Assembly: GCA_030704615.1 (NCBI GenBank)
Contig: CM060731.1
Location: 44,144,001 to 44,208,000, forward strand
Reading direction: 5' to 3'
Origin: Takakia lepidozioides
Taxonomy: Eukaryota > Plantae > Bryophyta
DNA: 64,000 nt
In this document: in pieces, positions 63,389-64,000 of the stretch
Layout of the letters: each line of letters opens with the position of its first letter
Position numbering within the stretch: the first letter of the stretch is position 1
Notes under the pieces: generated by a model
Databases searched by the model: none
Told to the model about the DNA's origin: nothing
The model's input: only the letters and a program-made list of their open reading frames with translations
Translations under genes and position numbers: made by a program

Positions 63389-63518
63389 AGTAGAGTGATG
63401 AAAACAGTCCAGCCATTAGACCATGCACATGGAGCAAAGGCATCACAACAAGCAATCTATCAATTGGGTAAGTGGCCGCAATATGCTGAAGTGAGGATGT
63501 CAGGTTTGCCTGCATAAG
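63389..63518 (-). pseudogene. Fragment of an acyl-activating enzyme gene (AAE3/oxalate-CoA ligase-like)
   Basis: LMQANLTSSLQHIAATY..DRLLVVMPLLHVHGLMAGLFSSL matches the AMP-binding enzyme segment L-T-x-x-N-L..I..Y..D..V-x-P-L-F-H-V-H-G-L; flanks are not coding. Confidence 0.7.
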
Positions 63519-64000
63519 AGCCTGAAAATGGTCGGTCACCTTTGGCTGGTGATTTGCGTGGGTGCAAGGAAATGGGTGGGATGAGCTACCAGGTACACCA
63601 TCCATGGTTCTTCAATGGAGTTGGGCCTAAGGCCTGAAGCATTTCGGCATGAGCTGATGGGCTGGTTGAACACCAAGCCTGTGGCAAGGAAGGAGGTGCT
63701 GGATTTTTGTTTTTAGTCAGGATTTAAGAGAGCTGATATTCTTGGGCAGATGCAGTAAGTTGGCAGTTAGGCCTGCATGAAGCAGTGCATTTGCTTGGTC
63801 TGTTTCAGCCTAAGTTTAAGCCCAACTGTGACATCGGGTTTTAACCATCAACAACTTGAATGTGGGAGAACGTGTTCAATTAACTGGCTGGCTGAAATGT
63901 GATTTTTAAGCATGATGACCGCATGGGAGAAGGCATCAAAACAATAGGGCTGGAGCGACTGATATTGACATGGCTGACATCAGGTCTCATGGAGTGTGAT

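Overview
Eukaryotic nuclear DNA from a land plant. It is probably a bryophyte (moss-like), inferred from gene content, intron style and retroelement types; the species cannot be fixed from sequence alone. The left ~25 kb is genic: a spliced MTP7/MTPc4-type cation diffusion facilitator (+, 5' end unresolved), a small STI1-domain gene (+), an acidic type II membrane protein (+), a BTB/POZ-TAZ gene (-) and an intron-containing OVATE family gene (-). The right ~37 kb is a nest of decayed retroelements. (i) A Ty1/Copia element with a half-tRNA-type PBS and TSD TGAAC. (ii) A non-chromovirus Ty3/Gypsy element with extra ORFs, inserted into the Copia RNase H end with TSD CGAAT. A later ~5.2 kb inversion (~42.2-47.4 kb) flipped the Gypsy 5' half and the Copia 3' LTR. 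(iii) The most unusual object: a Ty3/Gypsy-type element (47471-58853, -) encoding Gag, protease, a C5-cytosine DNA methyltransferase, RT, RNase H, a DDE integrase and a PHD finger. It is bounded not by ordinary LTRs but by split direct repeats (A1-ORFs-B1-A2-B2, the layout of tyrosine-recombinase PAT/Ngaro elements). It has a palindromic GACAATTGTC junction that fuses the two termini, and a conserved hairpin whose loop is complementary to the sequence at the PBS position. Three further diverged fragments of this repeat family lie at 60.3, 61.6 and 63.1 kb; the first two end exactly at the predicted termini. All coordinates were read by eye; exon borders are GT-AG predictions without transcript support.
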